This document shows, in pieces, positions 12,542-22,882 of a stretch of DNA of 64,000 nt (positions are counted from its first letter, which is position 1; every line of letters begins with the position of its first letter). The DNA is from a virus. Its lineage: Duplodnaviria; Heunggongvirae; Uroviricota; Caudoviricetes. Below the pieces are notes generated by a model. It saw nothing but the letters and a program-made list of their open reading frames with translations, made no database searches and was not told where the DNA came from. Both the position numbers and the translations under genes were made by a program. The stretch lies in IMG/VR virus record IMGVR_UViG_3300031555_004779, one strand, 5' to 3'.

Positions 12542-13276
12542 TTACCTTTTATACTTGTTTAAAATTCGTGCTAATGCACTAGGTTCTTCCTGAGGAAGTT
12601 GAGGCACACGAATTTCTTCGTTCTGCTCTCTTGCCATAGAGAAGCTAGTATACTCTAAAGCGAAACGAGTATTCATTTCGTCAATAGTCATAGTTTCTTT
12701 TGCTTCCTCAATTTGTGATACGACATCGGCGGGCAAACGACCAGTGAACTGCTTAATTAAACGTTCCTTCTCTTCAGTTTCGTACTTATTGATAAGTTCA
12801 TGCTGTGAAGAAATCGTGGCGTCTTTTTCGTCAACGTCTTTTTTATATTGCGCACTCTGTTCTTTGAGTGCCTCATACTCACTCATAAGAGTATTCTTTT
12901 CACTCTCAAGAGTTTCGTATTGAGTGCGTAAAGTATTTAGCTCCTCGCTTAGAGCTTCATATTGAGCTTGTAGTTCATTTAGCTTTGCGGCATAATCAAC
13001 TTCAGGCTCGGCGGGAACGCTAGGCTCTTCGGTAGCAGGTTCTTCTTCAGTAGCGGATTCCTCAGCAGGCTGTTCTTCAACAACGGGCTGTTCTTCTTCC
13101 GCAGGCTGTTCTTCTGCAGCGGGAGCACTTTCTTCTTCGGCAACTGGAGGAACTACTTCTTCCTCAGCGGCAGGAGCAACAGGCTGTTCCTGAATCTGTT
13201 CTTCAACAATTGCTTCTTGATTTTCTAACTCCATAGCGTTCATACCTCCATTTTCATAATAATTTTTTATAGCCAA
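12542..13276 (-). CDS. scaffolding protein
   Basis: 244 aa. It is very E/A/Q/P-rich with coiled-coil-type heptads (EEQPAEE repeats) and lies upstream of the capsid gene. Confidence 0.5.
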   Translation of the reverse strand: MAIKNYYENGGMNAMELENQEAIVEEQIQEQPVAPAAEEEVVPPVAEEESAPAAEEQPAEEEQPVVEEQPAEESATEEEPATEEPSVPAEPEVDYAAKLNELQAQYEALSEELNTLRTQYETLESEKNTLMSEYEALKEQSAQYKKDVDEKDATISSQHELINKYETEEKERLIKQFTGRLPADVVSQIEEAKETMTIDEMNTRFALEYTSFSMAREQNEEIRVPQLPQEEPSALARILNKYKR

Positions 13277-13405
13277 AGAAAATTCTTTATAACTATCATC
13301 TTCAGTAGAAAAGAATGCAGCACCCTAAAAACAAGGTGGATGCTTGTCGCCTAAAATACATAGCCCGGCCATTACGCCATCGCTATATACATAAGCATAT
13401 TCTTC

Positions 13406-13771
13406 CTATCCTTCAAAACATACATTCATCCATTCACCTTTAATTGTATCTGGATCAATTTCCATGCTTTGTTTTTTACTAAAAATATTTTCAGCTTCTT
13501 TCCAATACTTAGCCCAAATAATTACATCATAGGTGGCATAGTTACGAATAACGCCATCAGCGTCAGTATTCTTTTCCCAAGTTAAAGAACCTGGAATTAC
13601 ATAGCCGTAACTTTTTGCTTCTTCGTGACTTTCATGGCCTTTAAAATCATTTATCTCTATATCATAAGTACCAATGATAGGCTTTGAATAAGCACTTAAA
13701 GCAAATTTTTCTGCAAACTTATCAGTAATATAACTTCCGTTACGGTTTAGATGTTTGTAGAATACACGCAC
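13406..13771 (-). CDS. hypothetical protein (head morphogenesis region)
   Basis: 121-aa ORF. Confidence 0.3.
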   Translation of the reverse strand: MRVFYKHLNRNGSYITDKFAEKFALSAYSKPIIGTYDIEINDFKGHESHEEAKSYGYVIPGSLTWEKNTDADGVIRNYATYDVIIWAKYWKEAENIFSKKQSMEIDPDTIKGEWMNVCFEG

Positions 13772-13883
13772 CTTACCTGTACGAAGCTCTGGGTCTGAAG
13801 CAATAGAAGAAAAACTAGAAGCAATAAATTCTGCTTCAAACTAAAAAGGAATTGGTTTAATGTCTTTCAACTTACTTCACTCC

Positions 13884-15167
13884 TTAGGTTGCTCCGTCTC
13901 TATTCCGTACCGTTTTATCAGAACGTTGAGTAATAGATTTTTCAGGACGGCCACCTTCATTTGATAAGTCTGGAGAAGATTTAGTCGTACTGGAAGATTT
14001 TTCTGATGAATTAGATTTTTTTTCTTCGTCTCCAGGAGTAGTATAAGATGATTGCAAAGGCACCATCAATTCGGTCATCTTCCATACGTTATTTTCAAAA
14101 TGAGACATTTGTAGTAAATCTGTCATTTCTATACCGATTGCACTAGCTACCAGATTCTTTGGATAACCGTATTGTGCTATCTTGAGATACATGTCAACAT
14201 CTTCGGATTGGAAAATAGTGGTCGTTGGGAAGAAAGAAATCGTAAAATAAAAATTTTCATTCTTTGCTTTATTTTTCAACCAAGCATTTAACCAAACTTG
14301 ATATTGTTTACTCCAAGCAAACATGATAGAAATATCTTTCTTAATAGAATAAGTTAAAGCAGTTGAACCACTTTCTGGATTAAAGATTTCACCAGCAATA
14401 CCTAATTCATCATAAACACTATCTACATACTTAGTAATACGATTTGAAGAAGCAGTAGATGAAGATTCTTCATCTTGAATATTTTCAAGCGATATTTCTG
14501 CGTATGTAGTTAGAACATTTACTGTATCTTCTTCAGCAAGCATATGACAAGTGCCTTGATGGAGCGCTTCGGCTTCTTCCAAAGAAAAAAGCAACTCACC
14601 ATCAGTTTTGTCAATGGGTAGCTTTTGAATAAGTAATTTATTCAAAGCTTTAGAGTCTTTCTTTGTTTCACGGTCGCGGGCAGTCTGTAAGTCGGCGACA
14701 GCACCACTCGCGGATACAAGGGGCGGCAAGTAGTCTTTGTTAAAACTGAAACATATACCCCCGTCTATTGGTGGAATTTCTACCCAATAAGAAATTGGAG
14801 AAAGAGACCTTTGATTGGCTTTCGTTTGTACATATTTTGGGAACAATGATAAAATTGCTTTCCGCTCAGCTTCAGAAGTAGTAACCATACTAAAATAAGT
14901 ACAGTCTAATTCAAGAACAGGCAAGCCATTTTCATCATTAAAACGAGAGCGACAATACTTGGCTGGCAAAGAATAAAATACAGGACGTCCTTGTTCTGTT
15001 TCTTTTAACAAACCAAAATAGACACCTTCTTGAAAGATGACTTTATTGATTTGCGGCAATATATAGTCAAGGTTCATAGATTTAACATATTTCGCCATTT
15101 CCTTATATTGCTTCTTAATTTTTTTTACATTAGGCTTATTGTCTAAGTCATAATGTGGAACGAGCAT
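13884..15167 (-). CDS. portal protein
   Basis: 427 aa, immediately downstream of the large terminase gene, with a Ser/Thr/Lys-rich C-terminal tail. Confidence 0.5.
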   Translation of the reverse strand: MLVPHYDLDNKPNVKKIKKQYKEMAKYVKSMNLDYILPQINKVIFQEGVYFGLLKETEQGRPVFYSLPAKYCRSRFNDENGLPVLELDCTYFSMVTTSEAERKAILSLFPKYVQTKANQRSLSPISYWVEIPPIDGGICFSFNKDYLPPLVSASGAVADLQTARDRETKKDSKALNKLLIQKLPIDKTDGELLFSLEEAEALHQGTCHMLAEEDTVNVLTTYAEISLENIQDEESSSTASSNRITKYVDSVYDELGIAGEIFNPESGSTALTYSIKKDISIMFAWSKQYQVWLNAWLKNKAKNENFYFTISFFPTTTIFQSEDVDMYLKIAQYGYPKNLVASAIGIEMTDLLQMSHFENNVWKMTELMVPLQSSYTTPGDEEKKSNSSEKSSSTTKSSPDLSNEGGRPEKSITQRSDKTVRNRDGAT

Positions 15168-15197
15168 ATAAGCATAATTTAAAAGACTTGAATAATA

Positions 15198-17231
15198 CTA
15201 TTTTGCACGGTCATAAATACCGCTAAAACGAGAAAAGAAACGAGACAAATCACGAATGGCTTCAACATCGCCACTGGCAAGAATCTCATTTATTTCCTCT
15301 TTTGTAAAGCCTTCACTACTTATAGCATTATAAGCCCGTCCAAAACGATTGCGATAACTAGCATCATTCTGCGGTGTGCGGATTACACTGCGAGCAAAGT
15401 TCTTAAATGCCTCAATATCGCGTTCTTGTCTTGGCATAATTATCACCTGCTCTTATCTTTTACCGGGTGAATAAAACATCATTTGCCCTAAGCCGCCTTT
15501 CTTGCGTTTGCGGATTGCTTTATCTTCGTGGTACTTTATTCTATAAAGTCCATAAGCAATAGCGGAAACACGGTCTTTATTTATGCGAGTAGAAATCTAT
15601 TCTACTGCTAACTAATTAGCGGCTCCTGTGGGTCTTAATTTGAGGTTATTTATCTCATCTATAAGTCGCGAAGTCATTATATATGGTAAAAGAAATTTTT
15701 CTCTTTGATACAAATTCATTCGTTGTCCTTTTTTGGTTGATAACAATTTTTCTTTCGCTACACGTTCATTGGCAAGAAGGGCAACATTTCCACTGTTAAA
15801 TTGAACATAAAGATTAGAATAAATTTCGTTGTTTAATTGAGCAGTGGCTTTTAAATTATATACAGTTCCTTTTTCTCCGCGAGGAAGAGGATAATCTTCA
15901 TCATTGAAAACATAAAGTGGCCCATAAAGTTGTCCATGCGGTCCAACAGAAGGAAGAACCAATTCGTCAACAAGACCATGACCAACGCCATTACCGTCAA
16001 CAACTATTTCGCGGGGTTGGAAAAGTTCGTTTAGTTCTTTGATACGGCCAGCCTATTGTGGCAGCATCATTTTAGTAAGGTTTTCAGTATATACTACTCG
16101 TTTCTTCCATGCGCTATCATTGGGATAAACCTTAATCACCATAATGGAAGAATCGTTATTACCTGTGCGCGCAACGTCAACAGACATGATATAAAAAGCA
16201 TCTGGATGTTTTGCTTCGGGTTTTGCTTTGCGTTCGGCATGAAGCAATTTACGAGAAGCAATAAGTTTGTTATTATTAAACCAACTATCATTTGATGAAC
16301 CAGTCCAAATACTCATGCTTTCACGAGCGAAGCCATCTTCACTAAAGGTGGAAGACATCTTCTGGTCAGTAATGGTTTTCTTATCAAATAAACCATAGCG
16401 CAAAGGAAGTTCATAACTCGCGCCGCAGATAAAATAATCTTCTGGGTCAATAACACCCTAAATAGTAAGTTCTACTAAGCGCTCATATGCAAAAGTGTTC
16501 TTACTGCCGGCAGAAGTAATATATGTTTGTTGACTATGGGGTTCTGTTGGATTTGTTCCACCGGAAAGACATAGCCGGGGTATGTTCATCATGGGGATGA
16601 TTACTTCGGAAAGTAAAGTACCATCTACTAGTGCTGCTTCTTCAACCACACCGCCAGTAGCACGTTGACCGCGGCTGGAGGCAGAAAGAGCAAGAATGTG
16701 GAAAATGCTACCGTTCTTAAATTCAAGTTCAATGTAGTCAGTAGACATTTTGGTACTTTTTAGTTCGGCTTTAAGCAATGGATACCAAGACCAAATTTCT
16801 TCAAGTTTCTGACGAGTAATATCAAGAGAAGCCTTTTTAAACTGCGAAACTACGAAACGTTTTGATTTTGGTAAGAACATACAAATAAGATACTAGGATA
16901 GTATTGCTAAGAAGGATTTAGATGTTGCGCGAGTAAACGTGCCAAAGAAATAACGATAGCGTATCATTGCACGAAGAATAATACGCTAATAGTAATAAAA
17001 TTCTATTGGGCAATCTTTTGTTTTTATAAGTTCAAGAAATAGGTCTGGATACCGCATGAAATAGCGGCAGTAGTTTTGACAAAGTTTTTCGTTTTTTTCT
17101 AAAAAATCTTCAGTAAGAACATAACCTTTTTCAACTGGTATACCTTCGCGCAACGTATTCTTATTTACGCGAAAAATATTAACCGGGTTGGAATTATTAG
17201 TTAAGGGCATCGTCATCGTCATAGGAATCAC
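15198..17231 (-). CDS. terminase large subunit, TAG-recoded
   Basis: Pieces 16986-17231, 16458-16880, 16053-16403, 15612-15962 and 15198-15446 are all in one frame. I translated the junctions by hand and found TAG at 16986-16988 and at 16893-16895. A deviant Walker A (GTFTRQTSKS, compare T4 gp17 SRQLGKT) sits near residue 100. An RNaseH-like nuclease start (IMSVDVARTG) follows in the C-terminal half. Confidence 0.65.
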
Positions 17232-18171
17232 CCTCGTCTTTATCTTCGTAGGTTATGTTGGCAAGAATTTCTTCTTCACTATCTCCAAGACTGTAATCAC
17301 CCGAGGCTTCTAGCCGTTCGGCAACTTCTAGTTGTTTGCGGCGGTCTTCTACTTGGTCGCCAATGGAGGCTTCACCCTGAACAAGACGTTTTAGGTAATT
17401 TTGCATTGACTGCATGGTGAAGTCTACACTATCTTGTGGTTCATCATGCCAATTGGGTTTCCAACCACGTTTTTCAAGCCAACCAAATAATTCGCCTACT
17501 GAGTCAAAGTCGCCAAGATTGCGGCTGTTCTTTGGTTCAAAACCTTCGGCTTTGATGATGTTGTGGTACATAGCCATTTCGTTTTTAGCGTCTAAGCCAG
17601 CGCGCAACTTTTGGTTGATGATTAGACCAACTTCACACAAACGTTTGGCGTCATCGCGTTGAGTGGCGGTAACTAGATTTTGTGTGGCAAGCAAATCATT
17701 ATACAGATCTTCAAGATAATGATAATCTTCTACGGTGCGGTCAACCTCACTGGGCCATTTGCGCCGCATTCGCATCATGAATGCTTCGGTAGCGCCATCA
17801 AGGAAGTCGGCAAGCGTGCCAAGGTCTTCTTCTTCGCGCCATTGTTCGTTTATGGTTTTCCAATCTAAGTTGAAGTTGTAGGTTGCGCGGCGCTCATCTA
17901 TCATTTTTGCATATAGGTGTAATGTGCGCTCTTTTGCTGATTTATAAAATTTGGTCCATTGGTCTATTAGAAATGGCCAATCAAGCCACTACATTAATTT
18001 GTCTACGGCCGCGAGGTCATCGGCGGGCACCATACGTTCAAGGCAATCAATACAATAAATGCTGCGGCCACCCGGATGGAATTGAGAGGGCGTGGCAAGA
18101 AATTGGGACTCGCCACAATCTTTTTTACATTTTGGACATTTGCGGTGTCGTTCTATAGTTTCAAGTGCCAT
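17197..18171 (-). CDS. Zn-ribbon DNA-binding protein, candidate terminase small subunit, with one in-frame TAG
   Basis: Pieces 17989-18171 and 17197-17904 are co-frame. I translated the junction by hand and found a single TAG at 17989-17991. The N-terminus has a CPKC..CIDC ribbon and the C-terminus is acidic. Confidence 0.35.
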
Positions 18172-19493
18172 TAGATCTTCACCTCTATTTTCTTTGTGGC
18201 TCGCTTGTTGCGGTTATCACGTTGAATCTTCTGACAATCTTTACACTGGGAGCAATAGCCTGTTTTCTTGTCTTTTGCGCGAGCAAAATATAGAGGGTCA
18301 CGAGGAAGGCTGCGGCCGCACCGAGAACATTTAATTGTGCCGCGATGGCCAGAGGCTACTTCGGATTCAAGGCGTAGACGTTTTGCAGTGTTGGCGAGTT
18401 TGCGCGGAATTACGTTACGGGCCATATTGCGCAATTGGGTGTCGCTAAGAGTGACATCTTCGGCTTCGAGTGCTTTTTGAATTACGAAGAGATTGCGATG
18501 GGCAACACGTTGTTCAAGAACAAACTACTCTACGTCGGTTAGGTTAGATTCTTCTATTAAACGTTCCAGGTCCCAGCATATTTGCCGCATGTCGGATTCA
18601 GGATGTGCGTAACAGCGTTTGAGCAAGCTAACGTAGTTGTCAAGTAGAGCTAAAATATGGGTGGGGTCTTCATAGTCAAGTTTGTTGTCAGATAATTTCC
18701 AATATATGTGGCCGGTAGCATAATTACGCGGCGCATCTTGTAGTAGAGGTTGTTCGTGGTCGCCGGTATGGGGATGACGTTTGCGGGCGCACCATTCTTC
18801 ACTGGGAAGCCATAAGCCGGTGTCGTGGAGGAAGTCGATTTTGCTATGGGAAGCGGGTTTTACATTAAAGAAATGAAGTGTTGGATTATAAACATCCTTA
18901 ATGTAATATTGTTGGCGACGAAGGTCAATTACAAAGTGACCAAGTTTGTATAACTAATATTTTGATATTGGATGCTCCAGCACCCATTCGTTAGGGGTTT
19001 CGTGGCCGCGATACATACGCAGGCGTTCTTCCCATTTGTCGATGCTGGCCCACAGTTCGCGCATGAAGGGAATTTCATTGCCTTCGTTGTCAAAGTCGTC
19101 ACCACGTTCAAGAATTGAGCCATCTTCGGCGTATTTGGTGCGGCGGATTTCTTGTCTATAAACTTTATAGGGGGATTTGTTTTCTGGCCCTACAGGTTTG
19201 GCAGTGTTTTCTATGTCTTGCGCCACCATTGGGTCTTCCAGCAGGCCGTCAAGGGATTCGTTTGATTCGGCTTTCGTGGTGAAGCTATTGTAGCGGCGTT
19301 TAGGCTAGGATATTTCTTTTGTATCTACTGCGCTTAGTAGGGTATCGTCTTTGCCAAACAAAATGTAGTCAGCCATTTGTTCCAAATCGGTTTGGTTTGG
19401 GTCGGTGTCGAGCTCGTCGATAATTTCACAAATGGCATCACAACGTTCGTCGGCGTAGATGATGTCGTAGTTGAGACTGTATTTTTTTTTCAT
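18171..19493 (-). CDS. hypothetical protein with C-terminal CxxC Zn-ribbons, TAG-containing
   Basis: Pieces 19305-19493, 18954-19229 and 18171-18434 are co-frame. It is the first gene after the leftward promoter. Confidence 0.3.
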
Positions 19494-19577
19494 AGGTTAT
19501 CTTGGGATTCACCTCTTTTTTAAATTTGCGGATGTGGTCTACATAAGAGGTATTTACGATTTTTATTTTATAGGAAA

Positions 19578-19606
19578 ATTTTACCAAAAAATTAAAATTT
19601 TGTCAA
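19578..19606 (-). promoter_or_regulatory. leftward sigma70-type promoter for the morphogenesis module
   Basis: On the minus strand: TTGACA, 17-nt spacer, TAAAAT. Confidence 0.4.
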
Positions 19607-19824
19607 ATTTTGTGGCTGTTGGTGGATGGATGAATTGGGTTAAAGTTTGGAGCGAAAATTTGAGCGAAGGGAAATTTAGTTTTGAGGGGAGGAGATTTTT
19701 TTGAAAATTCAGTTCTCTGGACAGTTTACCAGACCCGCCTTCGGCGGGTTAGTTGTGCCTAACTGATGCCCGAAACGGTAGCCCCCTTTGCCAGATTGTA
19801 CATCCTGCGCCTGCTGTCGCCTGT

Positions 19825-19846
19825 TGTCAAGTAATTTTACTTGACA
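19825..19846. promoter_or_regulatory. 22-bp palindrome TGTCAAGTAA-tt-TTACTTGACA in the divergent control region. Operator candidate.
   Basis: 10-bp arms, perfect. It carries TTGACA on both strands. Confidence 0.4.
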
Positions 19847-19946
19847 GCCTGCCGATTTTTGGCGGTTGTCATTTTTGGCCGTTTTTCGCCCATTTCATAC
19901 ACAAAAAATTTTTTTCAAATTACATCAAAAAAAGTGTAAAAAAGGC

Positions 19947-19975
19947 TTGCAATCCCCTGCCCCCTGTGTTATAAT
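19947..19975 (+). promoter_or_regulatory. rightward early promoter
   Basis: TTGCAA, 17 nt, TATAAT, followed by a roughly 115-nt GC-rich leader before the first early gene. Confidence 0.5.
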
Positions 19976-20095
19976 TGACTCAAGCGGTGAGGGAACGCGG
20001 CCCGACCCCCTCGGGAACTGAATAAGCCAAAAAAGCCGAATTGATGGGAAGTAGGCAAAAGGCGAAAAAACTATAATTATATGGAGGTTGGAAAC

Positions 20096-20707
20096 ATGGA
20101 AAAAATCACTGTAAACGGTATCGAGCTGAGTTTTGAGAACAAAAACGACCTGCAAAATTTACGGATTCATCAGCCTGCACTGTTCCGCGCAATTCGCACA
20201 AATAACGCTACACTGATTCGTTGGGCGCTTGACCTGTACATGGACGAGCTTGACAGGCAGGACGAAAAGCTGTCAACTGGAAGTTATGGCAAGCTCGCGG
20301 AAGTATACGACCGTGTAGAGTGCGCGATTGCTAACAGACAGCGCATTTGGCTGCACGATATCCATTGCCGTAGACAGAACATTGATGACCACCGCGTGAA
20401 CGGCGTGCGCTACGAACGCAAGACAGGCTTTGCACAGTGGGAATATGGTGTAAGCTACGAAGATTGCATGGAAAAGCTCGAACGCCGAGCCAATGCAGGA
20501 ATCGTGTGGCGTTGGGAACCGTTCAAAGATGAACGCGTCATTGAAATGCCCCTGCGTGACCTGCTTGACATTCTCGCAAGCTACAACGAAAAGAAGGGGC
20601 TGAAAGTGTGGTTTGGATTTGTAGCCGCCAAAGGACAGCTGCAGATTCAGCCCGTCAAGGGAATCAGCAAAAAGCGCGAAGCTTTCATCGAAAACCTGCT
20701 GAAGTAA
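20096..20707 (+). CDS. early protein, hypothetical
   Basis: GGAGG sits 7 nt before the ATG; TAA stop. The hairpin GGGGAGGGCGAAAGCCCTCCCC follows. Confidence 0.5.
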   Translation: MEKITVNGIELSFENKNDLQNLRIHQPALFRAIRTNNATLIRWALDLYMDELDRQDEKLSTGSYGKLAEVYDRVECAIANRQRIWLHDIHCRRQNIDDHRVNGVRYERKTGFAQWEYGVSYEDCMEKLERRANAGIVWRWEPFKDERVIEMPLRDLLDILASYNEKKGLKVWFGFVAAKGQLQIQPVKGISKKREAFIENLLK

Positions 20708-20763
20708 CCAAACAGGGGAGGGCGAAAGCCCTCCCCAAAGCTACAAAAATGGAGGTTGTGAAA

Positions 20764-21105
20764 ATGTATTTTCCCAAAAATTTCCGCGTAAATACTCGCC
20801 CTGATGAAGCTGAAAAGCTCGCTTTTGAATGTTCGCCGTGGGACGAGCTGATGGTTCTGTCTGATGGAAAAAGCCACATTGTGATGGAAGTTGAAACCCG
20901 TAATTTTTTCCAGACCGAAGCTGAAAGCCCTGAAGCTGCTATCAAGGCATACATTGACTATATTGACGGCGATACCACCGTTTACATCTACGATGAAGAA
21001 GAGGACGGCTGGATTGACACTGATGAAAAAGTCCCTGCAAGCTCGCTGATGGAATTGGAAGAAATCCGCTGTGAATGGGACATGGAACACGGGAAGCTGT
21101 GGTAA
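20764..21105 (+). CDS. early protein, hypothetical (acidic)
   Basis: RBS GGAGGT, then ATG at 20764. Confidence 0.5.
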   Translation: MYFPKNFRVNTRPDEAEKLAFECSPWDELMVLSDGKSHIVMEVETRNFFQTEAESPEAAIKAYIDYIDGDTTVYIYDEEEDGWIDTDEKVPASSLMELEEIRCEWDMEHGKLW

Positions 21106-21141
21106 ACAGCTTCCCAATCTAAAAAAATGGAGGTTAAGAAC

Positions 21142-21318
21142 ATGCTGAAAGTAAATGTTAGCTACACCAATGGAACCTGCGCATCTTGTGACTTTAATGG
21201 CCCTGTAGAAGCTTACAACTTTGCTCGACTGCTGGTAAAAATGGACTGGGTAAATTCTACTGCTATCAAGGATGGCAACTGCATCATCGCTGCTTATGAT
21301 AAGAAGGGAGCTGTGTAA
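21142..21318 (+). CDS. early small protein
   Basis: RBS GGAGGT, then ATG at 21142. Confidence 0.45.
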   Translation: MLKVNVSYTNGTCASCDFNGPVEAYNFARLLVKMDWVNSTAIKDGNCIIAAYDKKGAV

Positions 21319-21319
21319 A

Positions 21320-21457
21320 ATGTTCCATGCTATCAACTGGTGGTATCTTCCCGTTGCTCTTGTAAAGCTCGCTGGTCTGATTGCTGGTATTGCTCTGATT
21401 GCTGTATGCGCCAGCTGGCCACTGTGGGTGTGTGCTGGTATCGTGGGGCTGATTTAA
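21320..21457 (+). CDS. small hydrophobic membrane protein (45 aa)
   Basis: The ATG at 21320 overlaps the preceding TAA. Two hydrophobic segments. Confidence 0.4.
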   Translation: MFHAINWWYLPVALVKLAGLIAGIALIAVCASWPLWVCAGIVGLI

Positions 21458-21475
21458 GAATCAGCCCCAACAAAA

Positions 21476-21494
21476 CTATATGTTTAACATATAG
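21476..21494. promoter_or_regulatory. IPR19 palindrome CTATATGTTTAACATATAG (copy 1). -35 TTGACA at 21503, -10 TATAAT at 21527.
   Basis: Perfect 9-bp arms around a central W. A terminator-like hairpin lies upstream and a promoter lies 8 bp downstream. Confidence 0.6.
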
Positions 21495-21560
21495 TATTTT
21501 TCTTGACAAACAAACTACAAACATGCTATAATAAACCATACTAACAAGGAGGTACAAACC

Positions 21561-21926
21561 ATGTCTCACCGCACTGTTATCCATGCTTCTTTCTACTTCT
21601 CAGCTGACTTCCTGCTGTATAATGACCATGGCCGTGAATTGTTGGTAGTACATGGTGATGACCTTCCTGTTGATGGCGAAGTTGACGAAGCTACTTTCCG
21701 CGCTCTGTTGAAGGATATTCGTGCCAAGGAAAAAGCGCGCTGTCGTGTAAAGTACACTGAAAAGAAAGTTACAGCCGAACCAAAGTTTGACCCTGCACAC
21801 GATGGCTATACTGTTGGGCGTACTTTCGGTGATGGATTTGGCGATGTACAAAAAGCGCTTCGCAATGTAAATAGCGAAACTTATCCTATGACAAAAAGCG
21901 AATGGGCGTTCTCATACTGGGCATAA
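21561..21926 (+). CDS. early protein, hypothetical
   Basis: Cassette gene: AAGGAGG RBS, TAA stop, hairpin GGGCATAAAAACGCCC. Confidence 0.5.
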   Translation: MSHRTVIHASFYFSADFLLYNDHGRELLVVHGDDLPVDGEVDEATFRALLKDIRAKEKARCRVKYTEKKVTAEPKFDPAHDGYTVGRTFGDGFGDVQKALRNVNSETYPMTKSEWAFSYWA

Positions 21927-21944
21927 AAACGCCCTTTATAAAAA

Positions 21945-21963
21945 CTATATGTCTAACATATAG
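21945..21963. promoter_or_regulatory. IPR19 palindrome variant CTATATGTCTAACATATAG (copy 2)
   Basis: One arm mismatch. Confidence 0.55.
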
Positions 21964-22031
21964 TTTTATCACTTTACAATCAAGCGAAAATGTGTTACAA
22001 TACAATCATCAAAGGAAAGGGGTTGCACATC

Positions 22032-22175
22032 ATGAAGAAAAATTATTGGGTCATTATCAAAAACGGTTTTGTAGGTTGCCGCCACTTTATCACAGAAGAC
22101 GACGCAAACGACGCATGCGAGGCCATGAACATGCTTGACCCCGGTTGGATTGTGCAAGGGATTGTGTGCGGTTAA
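22032..22175 (+). CDS. early small protein (47 aa)
   Basis: The promoter -10 TACAAT lies inside the longer track ORF, so the start was taken at the ATG after AAAGGAAAGGGG. Confidence 0.4.
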   Translation: MKKNYWVIIKNGFVGCRHFITEDDANDACEAMNMLDPGWIVQGIVCG

Positions 22176-22192
22176 TCCGCACACAAGAAAAA

Positions 22193-22211
22193 CTATATGT
22201 CTAACATATAG
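22193..22211. promoter_or_regulatory. IPR19 palindrome variant (copy 3)
   Basis: CTATATGTCTAACATATAG. Confidence 0.55.
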
Positions 22212-22278
22212 TTTTAACGCTTTACAAAAAGAAAAAATCATGATATAATAAACCCATCAAATGAAGGAGGTTTTCACC

Positions 22279-22464
22279 ATGACCACCAAATGTTATTTCC
22301 TTGAAAATTCTGATTCTTGCGTCCGCGTCATTGATTACATCACAAATGTTATCCCTTGTTTTATTCGTGAATTGCTTATTGCCAATGATGGTATTACTCT
22401 CACGATTGAATGCCGCGATTATGACCTTGCTTTTGTAGAACGTACCCTTGCGCCCTATGTATAA
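22279..22464 (+). CDS. early small protein
   Basis: RBS AAGGAGG. Confidence 0.45.
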   Translation: MTTKCYFLENSDSCVRVIDYITNVIPCFIRELLIANDGITLTIECRDYDLAFVERTLAPYV

Positions 22465-22482
22465 TACATAGGGCTTAAAAAA

Positions 22483-22501
22483 CTATATGTTTAACATATA
22501 G
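22483..22501. promoter_or_regulatory. IPR19 palindrome (copy 4)
   Basis: CTATATGTTTAACATATAG. Confidence 0.6.
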
Positions 22502-22568
22502 TTTTACCTATTTACAAAAATGCCAAACTGTGTTATACTTATACCATCAAGAGAGGGAGGTATCCACC

Positions 22569-22760
22569 ATGGGTAAGGTAGTCTATTTCGAGTCTGGCGT
22601 TGTTATGGAGTTTAATAAGGAGTACTCTAACCGTAAGCATGTCCGCGAGACCGTGCGGCTGGAGCAAAGCTGGCACAAGGAACGTTTTGGGCGTGCGCCG
22701 CGTGTACGTTATGCGCGCCCGTGGAAACGTGACGAAGTGAATCCCTATTGGAGATGGTAA
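22569..22760 (+). CDS. early small basic protein
   Basis: RBS GGGAGG. Confidence 0.45.
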   Translation: MGKVVYFESGVVMEFNKEYSNRKHVRETVRLEQSWHKERFGRAPRVRYARPWKRDEVNPYWRW

Positions 22761-22777
22761 CATCTCCATTACAAAAA

Positions 22778-22796
22778 CTATATGTTTAACATATAG
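22778..22796. promoter_or_regulatory. IPR19 palindrome (copy 5)
   Basis: CTATATGTTTAACATATAG. -35 TTTACA lies 8 bp downstream. Confidence 0.6.
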
Positions 22797-22882
22797 AAAT
22801 AAGTATTTACAAAAACGAAAAAATGTGATATTATATACTTGTCCGAAGGGGACAAACAAAAAAATGAAAAGAGGTAAAAAAC

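Noticed and set aside
15198-17231. Fragmented terminase, tail and fibre ORFs as evidence of introns, inteins or pseudogenisation
   Set aside because: The fragments are always in the same frame and separated by exactly one TAG codon, never by TAA or TGA or by frame shifts. No group I/II intron or HNH-ORF signatures lie between them. A codon reassignment explains all cases at once.
19825-19846. Leftward promoter using the dyad TTGACA with TACAAT at 19795-19800
   Set aside because: The spacer would be 24 nt, which is too long. The leftward promoter at 19578-19606 has a proper 17-nt spacer and is preferred.
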